Source of the DNA: Candidatus Buchananbacteria bacterium
GTDB taxonomy: Bacteria; Patescibacteriota; Patescibacteriia; 2-01-FULL-39-33
Assembly (NCBI GenBank): GCA_903863425.1
Contig: CAIPBY010000036.1
Location: forward strand, 1-41,650
Length of the DNA: 41,650 nt
Direction of reading: 5' to 3'
The position numbers were made by a program, and so were the translations under genes. The notes under the pieces are model-generated. The model made no database searches. It was given only the letters and a program-made list of their open reading frames with translations, and was not told the DNA's origin. Positions 34,464-41,650 of this stretch are shown one piece after another. Numbering within the stretch: position 1 is the first letter of the stretch; each line of letters opens with the position of its first letter.

Positions 34464-35711
34464 TTACTTTTTTGCTTCTTTTTTCTTTTTCTTTTTTTCT
34501 TCTTTGGTTTCCTCTGGGGCTTTCTCGGTTGCTTCTTCGGCTGGTTTTTCCGTAACTTCTTCCGTCGCCTCAGTTGTTTTGGTTTCTACAGTTTCTTTAA
34601 CTTCCGGAATAGATTTTTCTTCCTTTGGTTTTACGGCGCTAAGTCCTAAACGATGATTTCTAGGATCCATAGACACAACATAGAGATCAATTTCTTCTCC
34701 GGCCTTGGCGAAGTCATTGATATTGGCTATTGGCTTTTCGCTGAGTTGGGAAATGTGGGCTAAGCCGTGGATGTTCTTGTCTAGTTCGACAAATAAGCCG
34801 AAAGGATTAATCTTGATAATTTTACCTTTAACCTTTTGTCCGATTTTGTATTTCTTTTCAATTCCATCCCAAGGATCTTTCTGCATCTTTTTCATGGATA
34901 AGAAGATTTTGGAATTCTCAATACCGATAATTTCAGCGGTTATCCGTTGTCCGACTTTGACGAAGTCATTTGGGTTATCAATTCTTTGCCAAGCGATTTC
35001 AGAAATATGAATAAGTCCTTCTAATTTGTCATCAAATTCTACGAAGATGCCGAAGTCCGTGACGGCAGTAACTATACCTTCAACTTGCTGTCCGACTTGG
35101 TATTTGCCGAGCACGTCTTTTTGGGTTTCTTCCCAAGCTGCTTTTTCGGAAACAATAAGTTTCTCTTCTTCTTCATTAATATCCATGACTTTGACTTCGA
35201 ATTTTTTGCCGATATAGCCTTTCAAAATTTCCAAAATTCTATTCTTGTCACCGCCAGGAATTCTAGGATAATGCTCTGGTGATAGTTGAGATACTGGCAA
35301 AAATCCGTTGAGATTTTCTACGCGTACCATAAGTCCGCCTTTATTGGCATCAGTAATTTGAGCAGAAATAATGGAAGTAGTTGTTTCCAAATCACGAAGC
35401 GCTTGCCAGGCTTTTTGTTTGCCGGCATATTGGAAGGACAATTCAACTTCTCCATTTTCATTTTCTAATTCTAGGACAGTGGCCTGAATTGTATCACCAG
35501 GTTTCAAATTTTTGTATTCGTCGGATTCGTCATATCTTTCTCTGCCTCGGACAATGCCGGTGGCTACTCCTCCGAGATCTATGTGAACTTCATTTTTGTT
35601 GCAGGAAATAACTACTCCTGTAACTAGTTCTCCAGTTTTTGGCAAATTAAAATACTGCTTTTCTTCGAGCAGTTTTGACATTACGGAATCCTTGTTTTCT
35701 TTGGTGGTCAT
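34464..35711 (-). CDS. rpsA: 30S ribosomal protein S1 (four S1 domains) with Lys/Glu-rich tail
   Basis: Repeated S1 OB-fold motifs (GxxVxGxV ... GLIHISE / GLAHISQ). C-terminal KEEKKKKKKEAKK tail. Confidence 0.85.
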   Translation of the reverse strand: MTTKENKDSVMSKLLEEKQYFNLPKTGELVTGVVISCNKNEVHIDLGGVATGIVRGRERYDESDEYKNLKPGDTIQATVLELENENGEVELSFQYAGKQKAWQALRDLETTTSIISAQITDANKGGLMVRVENLNGFLPVSQLSPEHYPRIPGGDKNRILEILKGYIGKKFEVKVMDINEEEEKLIVSEKAAWEETQKDVLGKYQVGQQVEGIVTAVTDFGIFVEFDDKLEGLIHISEIAWQRIDNPNDFVKVGQRITAEIIGIENSKIFLSMKKMQKDPWDGIEKKYKIGQKVKGKIIKINPFGLFVELDKNIHGLAHISQLSEKPIANINDFAKAGEEIDLYVVSMDPRNHRLGLSAVKPKEEKSIPEVKETVETKTTEATEEVTEKPAEEATEKAPEETKEEKKKKKKEAKK

Positions 35712-35800
35712 ATATTTACACTTTAACCTTCGGATTGCTCCAAAAGTCCCGCTTTTTATTAATTAAATTTAGGTCTGCGGGGATTACTTAAATTTAGATT

Positions 35801-35829
35801 AGTATAATATATTGACAATAGTTTGTCAA
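35801..35829 (-). promoter_or_regulatory. sigma70-type promoter TTGACA-17-TATACT (minus strand) for rpsA
   Basis: Minus strand: TTGACA (35829-35824), 17-nt spacer, TATACT (35806-35801). Confidence 0.5.
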
Positions 35830-35840
35830 GAGTGTAAGAT
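35812..35840 (+). promoter_or_regulatory. sigma70-type promoter TTGACA-17-TAAGAT (plus strand) for the RNHCP gene
   Basis: TTGACA at 35812-35817, 17-nt spacer, TAAGAT at 35835-35840. Its -35 box and the rpsA -35 box form the palindrome TTGACA-N6-TGTCAA. Confidence 0.5.
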
Positions 35841-35849
35841 ATAGGAAAA

Positions 35850-35947
35850 TTTACAATTATCAATTTACAATTATCAAACAATTTTCAATTTTTAATTTCT
35901 AAATTTAGATATTATCTGAAAATTGATAATTGGAAATTGAAAATTAT
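35850..35947. repeat. AT-rich tandem and inverted repeats in the RNHCP-gene 5' leader
   Basis: Perfect tandem TTTACAATTATCAA x2 (35850-35863, 35864-35877). CAATTATCAA is complementary to TTGATAATTG (35923-35932). CAATTTTCAATTT (35879-35891) is complementary to AAATTGAAAATT (35934-35945). Confidence 0.65.
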
Positions 35948-35954
35948 ATGGTTT

Positions 35955-36269
35955 ATGTCTTTTATTAGGGTTAAAGAAAATTTTATTTGTGAGCATTGCG
36001 GGAAAGAGATTCAGGGAAATGGTTATACCAACCATTGCCCGGTTTGTTTGTGGTCCAAACATGTGGATATTGAGCCAGGAGATAGGAAGGACGAATGTGG
36101 GGGTATGATGGAGCCGGTGGATATTTATTTCCGCAAGCAGGATTGGATTATCACGCATAGGTGTCAGACTTGCGGACACAAGAGAAATAATAGAGTTGGA
36201 GAAAATGATAACTTCGATGAAGTGATAAGATTGGAGAAAGAGATAAATGAGAAGAAGATAAAAAAGTAA
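35955..36269 (+). CDS. RNHCP-domain zinc-binding protein
   Basis: CEHCG ... YTNHCPVCLWSKHVD ... HRCQTCGH pattern of the RNHCP domain. The first ATG is 35955 (the tracked start 35937 is TTG). Confidence 0.7.
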   Translation: MSFIRVKENFICEHCGKEIQGNGYTNHCPVCLWSKHVDIEPGDRKDECGGMMEPVDIYFRKQDWIITHRCQTCGHKRNNRVGENDNFDEVIRLEKEINEKKIKK

Positions 36270-36298
36270 TTTTATTTTAATTTATTGTTATTGAAATA

Positions 36299-36320
36299 GT
36301 CCGCCTTGGGCGGATTTTTT
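36299..36320 (+). terminator. intrinsic terminator (CCGCC-TTG-GGCGG type)
   Basis: TCCGCC-TTG-GGCGGA (36300-36314) followed by T6. Confidence 0.75.
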
Positions 36321-36334
36321 GGTGGAAAAATTTA

Positions 36335-36364
36335 TTGACATGGTTACTTAATTTTACGTATAAT
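36335..36364 (+). promoter_or_regulatory. sigma70-type promoter TTGACA-18-TATAAT for GC-rich cassette 4
   Basis: TTGACA at 36335-36340, 18-nt spacer, TATAAT at 36359-36364. Confidence 0.55.
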
Positions 36365-36429
36365 ATAAGTGACTGGACGGCTTACCCAAATTCGGGAAAA
36401 GCAAAGATTCCAGCAAGGAGGTTACCTGT

Positions 36430-36873
36430 ATGCGTTGGATTTCGATGTTGGTAGTGGTATGTGCTGTAGTCGCGATGGCCTCGATGGCAGGCTTGACCGG
36501 CGTGGTTCAGGATGGTTCGGTCGCAGCGCTCGCGGTCGGTCAAACTTCGGCTCCCGCCGTTGTTGGGTTCGAAGGGACGATGCCGACGTGTGCCGCCGCG
36601 AATGTCGCTGGCTCGGTTTTTGCCTCTGCGACGCCGGCCCAAGAACGGGTTGGTTACGAAATGGCCAAAGTGCAAGAGATGCAGGCCAGCAAAGCAGCGA
36701 ATGACAGCGAAGTGGCGTTTGCGGCGAAGACAAGTGCTGAAAAGATCGACATGGCGATGACGGACGAACACGCGCGCGCCAGCGGTGTTTCGGTGGCCTT
36801 CATCAATGATCCCTGCGTCTCCAAGCCGATTGCCGATGTCAAGCCGATTACTGCCGAAGTCGCGTACCTCTAA
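36430..36873 (+). CDS. small secreted Ala-rich protein, function unknown
   Basis: 147 aa with AAGGAGG (36415-36421) 8 nt upstream of the ATG. Signal peptide MRWISMLVVVCAVVAMASMA. It is the only one of several overlapping GC-rich ORFs with both an SD and a signal peptide. Confidence 0.65.
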   Translation: MRWISMLVVVCAVVAMASMAGLTGVVQDGSVAALAVGQTSAPAVVGFEGTMPTCAAANVAGSVFASATPAQERVGYEMAKVQEMQASKAANDSEVAFAAKTSAEKIDMAMTDEHARASGVSVAFINDPCVSKPIADVKPITAEVAYL

Positions 36874-36998
36874 ACCGTACAGGTCAAGGTTGCGCGAGTA
36901 GTACGTTCCATGTCCGCAGATCGTGCGGACAATATCCCAAGTTAAGGGGCACTTCTGGGGAAGAAATATATAAACAAACAGGAGGACCCTGCAGTTCC

Positions 36999-37044
36999 GA
37001 GCGAGAGCGTTAGCATCAGCTGACCCCTCTCGCTCATTTTATTT
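36999..37044 (+). terminator. intrinsic terminator closing cassette 4
   Basis: GAGCGAGAG (36999-37007) / CTCTCGCTC (37027-37035) 9-bp stem, followed by ATTTTATTT. Confidence 0.6.
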
Positions 37045-37084
37045 AATTAGTATTTCCCCACTTGTATTTTTTAAATGGTCCTAT

Positions 37085-37113
37085 TTGTTGGTTATCTGAA
37101 TTTTTGTTATAAT
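37085..37113 (+). promoter_or_regulatory. sigma70-type promoter TTGTTG-17-TATAAT for the cysteine desulfurase gene
   Basis: TTGTTG at 37085-37090, 17-nt spacer, TATAAT at 37108-37113. Confidence 0.45.
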
Positions 37114-37174
37114 ATAATAAATTAATGCGACATGTTTTTGTTGTCTTTTCGGAGGTGACTTTGTAAAATAAATT

Positions 37175-38503
37175 ATGATTAAAACAAATAAGATAAGAAA
37201 ATATTTTCCAGCTGTAAAGTCTGGTAGAATGGTTTCCAATAATGCGGCTAGTACGCAGGTGCCGATACAGCTAGTGAAATTATTGAAGAAGCTTATTGTG
37301 CAGTATGACAATGTCCATCGGGGACAGTCTCGCGCTTCCATGCTCACTACCGCAAAGTTCGAAGCTTCTTATGATACTATTGCGCAATTTATTGGAGCTC
37401 CCTCAAGGGAAAATATTATTTTATACCGCAATACTACCGAGGCCATTAATTCAGTCATGTATTCTTTGATGACTGAATTCAAGGACGGGGATAATATCGT
37501 GACGACATTTATGGAGCATAATTCCAATTATGTGCCGTGGTATGGATTGTGCAAGGATATTTTGTCGAAATTCGGAATCAAGGTAGAGTGCTGGCTGGCG
37601 AAATTCAATCAGAAAACAGGAGAGTTGGATTTAGTCCATTTGAAATCGTTAGTGGATAAAAGGACAAAATTGATATGTTGTACGGGTGCTTCAAATTTTT
37701 TGGGAACAAAAACACCAATTAAAAAAATAAGGGAAATTGCAAATTTAAGTGGATACGTACAGCCGACAGGCGAGAAAAAATCTTATTTATTAATTGATGG
37801 CGCGCAGTTGGTGCCGAATAAATTTATTGATGTCAAGGAATTAGATGTGGATTTTCTGGCCTGGTCATTTCACAAAATGATGGCCCCTTTCGGTGTTGGC
37901 GTTTTGTATGCGCGGGAAGGATTATTGGAAAAGATGAGGCCGTTTCTCTACGGCGGGGATATGATTGCCGAAGGAAAGGTTTCTCCGGAGAAAGTGGAAT
38001 ACAATGTTTTGCCTTGGAAATTTACGGCTGGAACGCCGAATATTTTGGGGACGATTCTTTCGGCCGAAGCTATAAGGTTACTGATGGATTTTTCCTTGAA
38101 TCCCGGGCAGTATAAATATTTTATGACAGATAAAAAATTAGAAAGTTCTGACGTGAAAAGGGCTATGGAGAATATTGAAGATCATGAAAAAATCTTGATT
38201 GAGGAAGCGTTGAAAATATTAGATGAGATTCAGACTTTAAAGATTTATGGACCGAAGAATTCTGAAAATAGGACTCCTTTAATTTCTTTCAACTGCGCCA
38301 ATAAAAGTCCATTTGAAATCGCCGAAGGTTTAGATAAATTGGGCGTAGAATCTAGGGCTGGCTGTCATTGCGCAACTTTGGCGCATCATTATTATAAATT
38401 GGATCCCCCTGCCAGTTGCCGGTTGAGTTTTTATATCTATAATAACATTAATGATGTAAGACGGGCTTGTCTAGCAGTTAAAAAAGTATGTTCAGTCAAA
38501 TAA
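37175..38503 (+). CDS. class V aminotransferase / cysteine desulfurase (SufS/CsdA-like)
   Basis: PLP-lysine motif SFHKMMAPFGVGVLYA and C-terminal active-site loop RAGCHCA. Confidence 0.8.
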   Translation: MIKTNKIRKYFPAVKSGRMVSNNAASTQVPIQLVKLLKKLIVQYDNVHRGQSRASMLTTAKFEASYDTIAQFIGAPSRENIILYRNTTEAINSVMYSLMTEFKDGDNIVTTFMEHNSNYVPWYGLCKDILSKFGIKVECWLAKFNQKTGELDLVHLKSLVDKRTKLICCTGASNFLGTKTPIKKIREIANLSGYVQPTGEKKSYLLIDGAQLVPNKFIDVKELDVDFLAWSFHKMMAPFGVGVLYAREGLLEKMRPFLYGGDMIAEGKVSPEKVEYNVLPWKFTAGTPNILGTILSAEAIRLLMDFSLNPGQYKYFMTDKKLESSDVKRAMENIEDHEKILIEEALKILDEIQTLKIYGPKNSENRTPLISFNCANKSPFEIAEGLDKLGVESRAGCHCATLAHHYYKLDPPASCRLSFYIYNNINDVRRACLAVKKVCSVK

Positions 38504-38574
38504 ATAATATTTTTATTTTTTTTGTTATACTTAATATATGCTTATTCAAGCATTTTATTATTCTATTTTAGAGT

Positions 38575-40293
38575 ATGATTGCAGAAGGCACTATCGTAGA
38601 GAGTTTCCGAAAAGTAGTCAGGAAATACGGTCACAAGAAAGCACTGATGTACAAAGAAAACGGGGTTTACCGCTCTATTCGGTTTGATGAACTCTGGGAG
38701 AGGGTGAGAATTGTCGCCGCTTTGCTCCAAGAACTCGGAATCAAGAGGGGCGACAAGGTGGCTATACTCGCCAACAATCGGCCGGAATGGGCAATTACGG
38801 ATTTGGCTACTATGATGCTTGGGGCCGTGGTCGTGCCCATACACCTGAATTTAAGCGCCAAAATTATCCACTACATCCTCAACCACTGCGAAGCCAAGAT
38901 TATCGTTGTCTCAGATCATGACCAGTTAACCAAGATTTCTCAAGCTGAATTAAATTCTCTTGAGAATTTTATTTTTTTAGACCAAGTTACGGATGAGATG
39001 AAAAATGTTTGGAAGCCGATTATTGCTTGGAAAGAATTTATGGCCAAGGGTGGTAAGGGGTTAGATAAAAATTTTAAATCTGATATAAAAGAAAATGACG
39101 TTTGCAGCATTATTTATACTTCTGGCACGACTGGATTGCCCAAGGGAGTAGAGTTGACACATAAGAATTTTCTTAGCAATGTGTCTTCGACCTATTTGGC
39201 TGTGCCAATTAAAGAGACGGATATCTTCTTGTCTTTTCTGCCCTTATCTCATATTTTGGAGAGAATGGCGGGTTATTATATCCCTTTGCTTTGCGGAGCA
39301 ACCATTGCTTATGCTGAAAGCGTGAAGAAATTAGCTGAAAATTTGAAAGAAGTTAAACCGACTATGATTATTTGCGTACCCAGAATATTTGAGAAATTCC
39401 ATGGAGCCATTTGGGATCGGGTGAGAAAAAATAAAATGCAGAAGATCATATTCCATTGGTCGCTTAAGCAGAAGAAAGGTTTAGGAAAATGGCTAGCTCA
39501 AATAATCGTTTTTGGGAAAATAAGGAAATCATTCGGCGGAAGATTACGGTTGGCTATTTCCGGAGGTGCCTGTCTCAATGAAAGAATGGCCAAGTTTTTC
39601 TATAAAATGGGAATTTTAATTCTTGAAGGTTATGGCTTGACTGAGACATCCCCAGTAGTATCAGTTAATCGGGAAAATAATTATAAATTTGGGACAGTGG
39701 GCAAGCCATTGGATGGAGTAGAAGTAAAGATGACGGCGGAGAAAGAGATTTTGGTCAAAGGAGATAATGTGATGCGAGCTTATTACAAAAATTCTCAAGA
39801 AACTGCGGACGCTATCGATGGCGAGGGTTGGTTTCATACCGGAGATTTCGGATTTATAGACTCTTACGGATTCTTGGTGGTCATAGGGCGCAAGAAGGAA
39901 ATGATTGTGACTTGTGGCGGGAAGAATATTTGGCCGGAGCATATTGAAATAGAGCTTAATTATGATCGTTTTATTTCTCAATCTGTAATTATAGGGCACA
40001 AGCAGAAATTTATTTCTGTATTAATCGTTCCTAATCACATGGAGCTATCGCAATATTTGAAAGAAAAGGGGATAGATAAGTATGATCTAGGCGATTCCAC
40101 GGTTCAGCAAATATACAATAGATGTCTAGATAAGGTGAACTGCAATCTTTCCGATTATGAAAAAATCAGGAAATTTGTTTTGTTGCCCAGGGAATTTTCT
40201 CAAGAGTTGGATGAGATGACCCCGACGCTTAAAATTAAGAGAAACGCCATAGAATATCATTTCCAAAGAGAGATTGACAAAATATATAACTAA
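38575..40293 (+). CDS. AMP-dependent synthetase/ligase (long-chain acyl-CoA synthetase-like)
   Basis: AMP-binding motif IIYTSGTTGLPKGVELTH, then EGYGLTET, HTGD and the C-terminal TPTLKIKR motif. Confidence 0.85.
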   Translation: MIAEGTIVESFRKVVRKYGHKKALMYKENGVYRSIRFDELWERVRIVAALLQELGIKRGDKVAILANNRPEWAITDLATMMLGAVVVPIHLNLSAKIIHYILNHCEAKIIVVSDHDQLTKISQAELNSLENFIFLDQVTDEMKNVWKPIIAWKEFMAKGGKGLDKNFKSDIKENDVCSIIYTSGTTGLPKGVELTHKNFLSNVSSTYLAVPIKETDIFLSFLPLSHILERMAGYYIPLLCGATIAYAESVKKLAENLKEVKPTMIICVPRIFEKFHGAIWDRVRKNKMQKIIFHWSLKQKKGLGKWLAQIIVFGKIRKSFGGRLRLAISGGACLNERMAKFFYKMGILILEGYGLTETSPVVSVNRENNYKFGTVGKPLDGVEVKMTAEKEILVKGDNVMRAYYKNSQETADAIDGEGWFHTGDFGFIDSYGFLVVIGRKKEMIVTCGGKNIWPEHIEIELNYDRFISQSVIIGHKQKFISVLIVPNHMELSQYLKEKGIDKYDLGDSTVQQIYNRCLDKVNCNLSDYEKIRKFVLLPREFSQELDEMTPTLKIKRNAIEYHFQREIDKIYN

Positions 40294-40396
40294 GTGACGA
40301 AAATTTTGGCGGTATTCTTTGTGCCGTCTTTTATTTTTTATAATAGTTGTGTTTTGTGTTATAATATTATCATTAGAATTAATTATTAATACAAAT

Positions 40397-40945
40397 ATGA
40401 AAGACAAAAAGATACTATTGTGCGTTACCGGAGGAATAGCCGCCTATAAGGCGTGTTCCCTGGTTGGTTACTTTGTAAAGAATGGCGCTGATGTCAAAGT
40501 TATTATGTCCAAAGCAGCCACCGAATTCGTCGGTCCTTTGACCTTTCAGGCCTTGACCAATCATGCAGTCTACATAGATATGTTTGAAATTATTAATAAG
40601 GAGGAGGTAGAACATATTTCTTTGGCGACTTGGTGCGATGTGGCGGTGATTGCCCCGGCAACGGCCAATACGATTGGCAAAATAGCCGGCGGGATTGCGG
40701 ATAATCTGCTGACCACAGTCATAGCCGCCTTGCCTCAAAAGAAAAAAGTGGTCATCGCTCCGGCCATGAATAAGGAAATGTGGAATAATCCCATTACCCA
40801 GGATAATATCAAGAAATTGAAGAAATATAGCCGATATATTTTTGTTGAACCGCGCAAGGGCATGTTGGCTTGCCGGGTTGAGGGTGCAGGTAAGATCGCC
40901 GATACGGAAACAATTGTAGAGACGGTAAAGAAGGCTTTGAAATAA
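40397..40945 (+). CDS. coaC: flavoprotein, phosphopantothenoylcysteine decarboxylase-like (CoaC / HFCD family)
   Basis: KKILLCVTGGIAAYKA FMN-binding N-terminus, IAPATANTIGKIAGGIADNLL, PAMNKEMW. ATG 40397 is preferred over the tracked TTG/GTG-type start at 40319. Confidence 0.8.
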   Translation: MKDKKILLCVTGGIAAYKACSLVGYFVKNGADVKVIMSKAATEFVGPLTFQALTNHAVYIDMFEIINKEEVEHISLATWCDVAVIAPATANTIGKIAGGIADNLLTTVIAALPQKKKVVIAPAMNKEMWNNPITQDNIKKLKKYSRYIFVEPRKGMLACRVEGAGKIADTETIVETVKKALK

Positions 40946-40954
40946 CCCACGAAG

Positions 40955-41650
40955 ATGCAAAATATCAAAGATTTTTTGCAAGAAACTGAGTTTTGTGATT
41001 TTTCTAATCCGAAAATAAAAAAGATTGCCAAGGAAATTGCTTTGAAGCATAAGAATTCGAATGATCGCGCTGTTGAGGCCTTTTATTTTGTTAAAGATGG
41101 TATTAAATACAGGATTGGTATTTGGAATAGGAAGGCTTCGCAGACGTTAGTTGATGGAGAAGGGACTTGTACCAACAAAGCGAATTTATTTGTGGCGATT
41201 CTTCGCGCTTGCGGTATTCCCGCCGGTTATGGAGTAATGAAAGTGAACGGCCGGGAATATTTCGGGACGGCCATGTTGGCCATGTTTAGGAAAAGAGTAG
41301 CCAAAATATCCACTCATATTTATGCTTATGCGTATTTGGATGGTAAATACCTGAAAATCGATCCTTCAGATGATAAAAAGCTTTGTCAGAATACCAATTA
41401 TTTTAATTATGTAACAAAATTAGTAGATTTTGATGGGCATAGGGATGCAAAATTAAATCTTAAGCCGGAGCATATTTTGGAAGATAGGGGTCCGATTGCC
41501 GATATTGATTATATATTTAAGAAAAAACCCAAAAACGCCAAAGGAGTAAATGTGAAAGTGGGTAATTTATATATTTCTTTTTTAAGAGATACTGAAAAAA
41601 GATTTGAAACGTCTCAAGAATTAGAAAAAGAATTTAAGCTGTGGCTTAGG
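40955..41650 (+). CDS. transglutaminase-like cysteine protease superfamily protein (3' end truncated by window end)
   Basis: Not in the ORF track because there is no stop before the window end. From ATG 40955 the frame stays open to 41650 (232 codons). Catalytic-core pattern GEGTCTNKANLFVAILRACGIPAGY, then THIYAYAYL ... IDPSD (Cys-His-Asp). Confidence 0.7.
   Translation, partial: MQNIKDFLQETEFCDFSNPKIKKIAKEIALKHKNSNDRAVEAFYFVKDGIKYRIGIWNRKASQTLVDGEGTCTNKANLFVAILRACGIPAGYGVMKVNGREYFGTAMLAMFRKRVAKISTHIYAYAYLDGKYLKIDPSDDKKLCQNTNYFNYVTKLVDFDGHRDAKLNLKPEHILEDRGPIADIDYIFKKKPKNAKGVNVKVGNLYISFLRDTEKRFETSQELEKEFKLWLR

Noticed and set aside
36369-36842. Multiple overlapping ORFs (111, 129, 103, 82 and 62 aa) on both strands within cassette 4. 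Similar shadow ORFs occur in the other islands (194-803, 13214-13795, 14223-14605, 14626-15034, 2074-2587).
   Set aside because: These are typical stop-poor alternative frames of GC-rich coding DNA. They have no SD or signal features and produce Arg/Pro-rich nonsense translations. In each locus only one frame has an SD at proper spacing plus protein-like features.
36980-36985. AGGAGG downstream of the cassette 4 ORF, suggesting a second small gene.
   Set aside because: No ATG, GTG or TTG lies at 5-10 nt spacing, and the following sequence is the terminator stem (36999-37035).
40415-41050. A 211-aa minus-strand ORF.
   Set aside because: It is antisense to two well-supported plus-strand genes (coaC-like and transglutaminase-like) and has no recognisable motifs.

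Overview
The backbone of this window is AT-rich and tightly packed. Its genes have almost no Shine-Dalgarno sites, and -10 boxes often sit right next to the start codon. By inference only, the gene content looks like a reduced Patescibacteria/CPR-type genome. Recognisable backbone genes: sensor kinase, dCMP deaminase, RlmN/Cfr-like radical-SAM enzyme, nfo, DUF167, Hsp20, VanW, tRNA-Glu, M24 peptidase, TrmB regulator, GTP-PEPCK, aminotransferase, an ECF sigma plus MacAB-like efflux block, tsaD/tsaE, pilB, ftsH, rpsA, cysteine desulfurase, acyl-CoA ligase, coaC and a partial transglutaminase-like gene. Three things stand out. (1) A ~430-nt GC-enriched segment (8385-8814) has its own consensus promoter and intrinsic terminator. 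It folds by hand into two homologous domains with compensatory stem changes, and I cannot match it to any RNA family. (2) Four GC-rich cassettes (80-2582, 11777-12330, 13098-15190, 36335-37044) encode eight mostly unknown, secreted or membrane proteins, including an outer-membrane-type beta-barrel. Every one has a strong GGAGG-type SD, and most sit behind near-consensus AT-rich promoters with their own terminators. That contrasts sharply with the SD-less backbone. (3) A truncated tRNA-Glu copy and a small GIY-YIG nuclease ORF lie immediately upstream of an intact tRNA-Glu. Smaller items include a GC-rich inverted-repeat element between tsaD and tsaE, AT-rich inverted-repeat families and a recurring CCGCC-TTG-GGCGG hairpin. 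No CRISPR array, rRNA, integrase or transposase was seen. All family calls come from motif reading by eye, and the GC contrasts are visual estimates, not computed.
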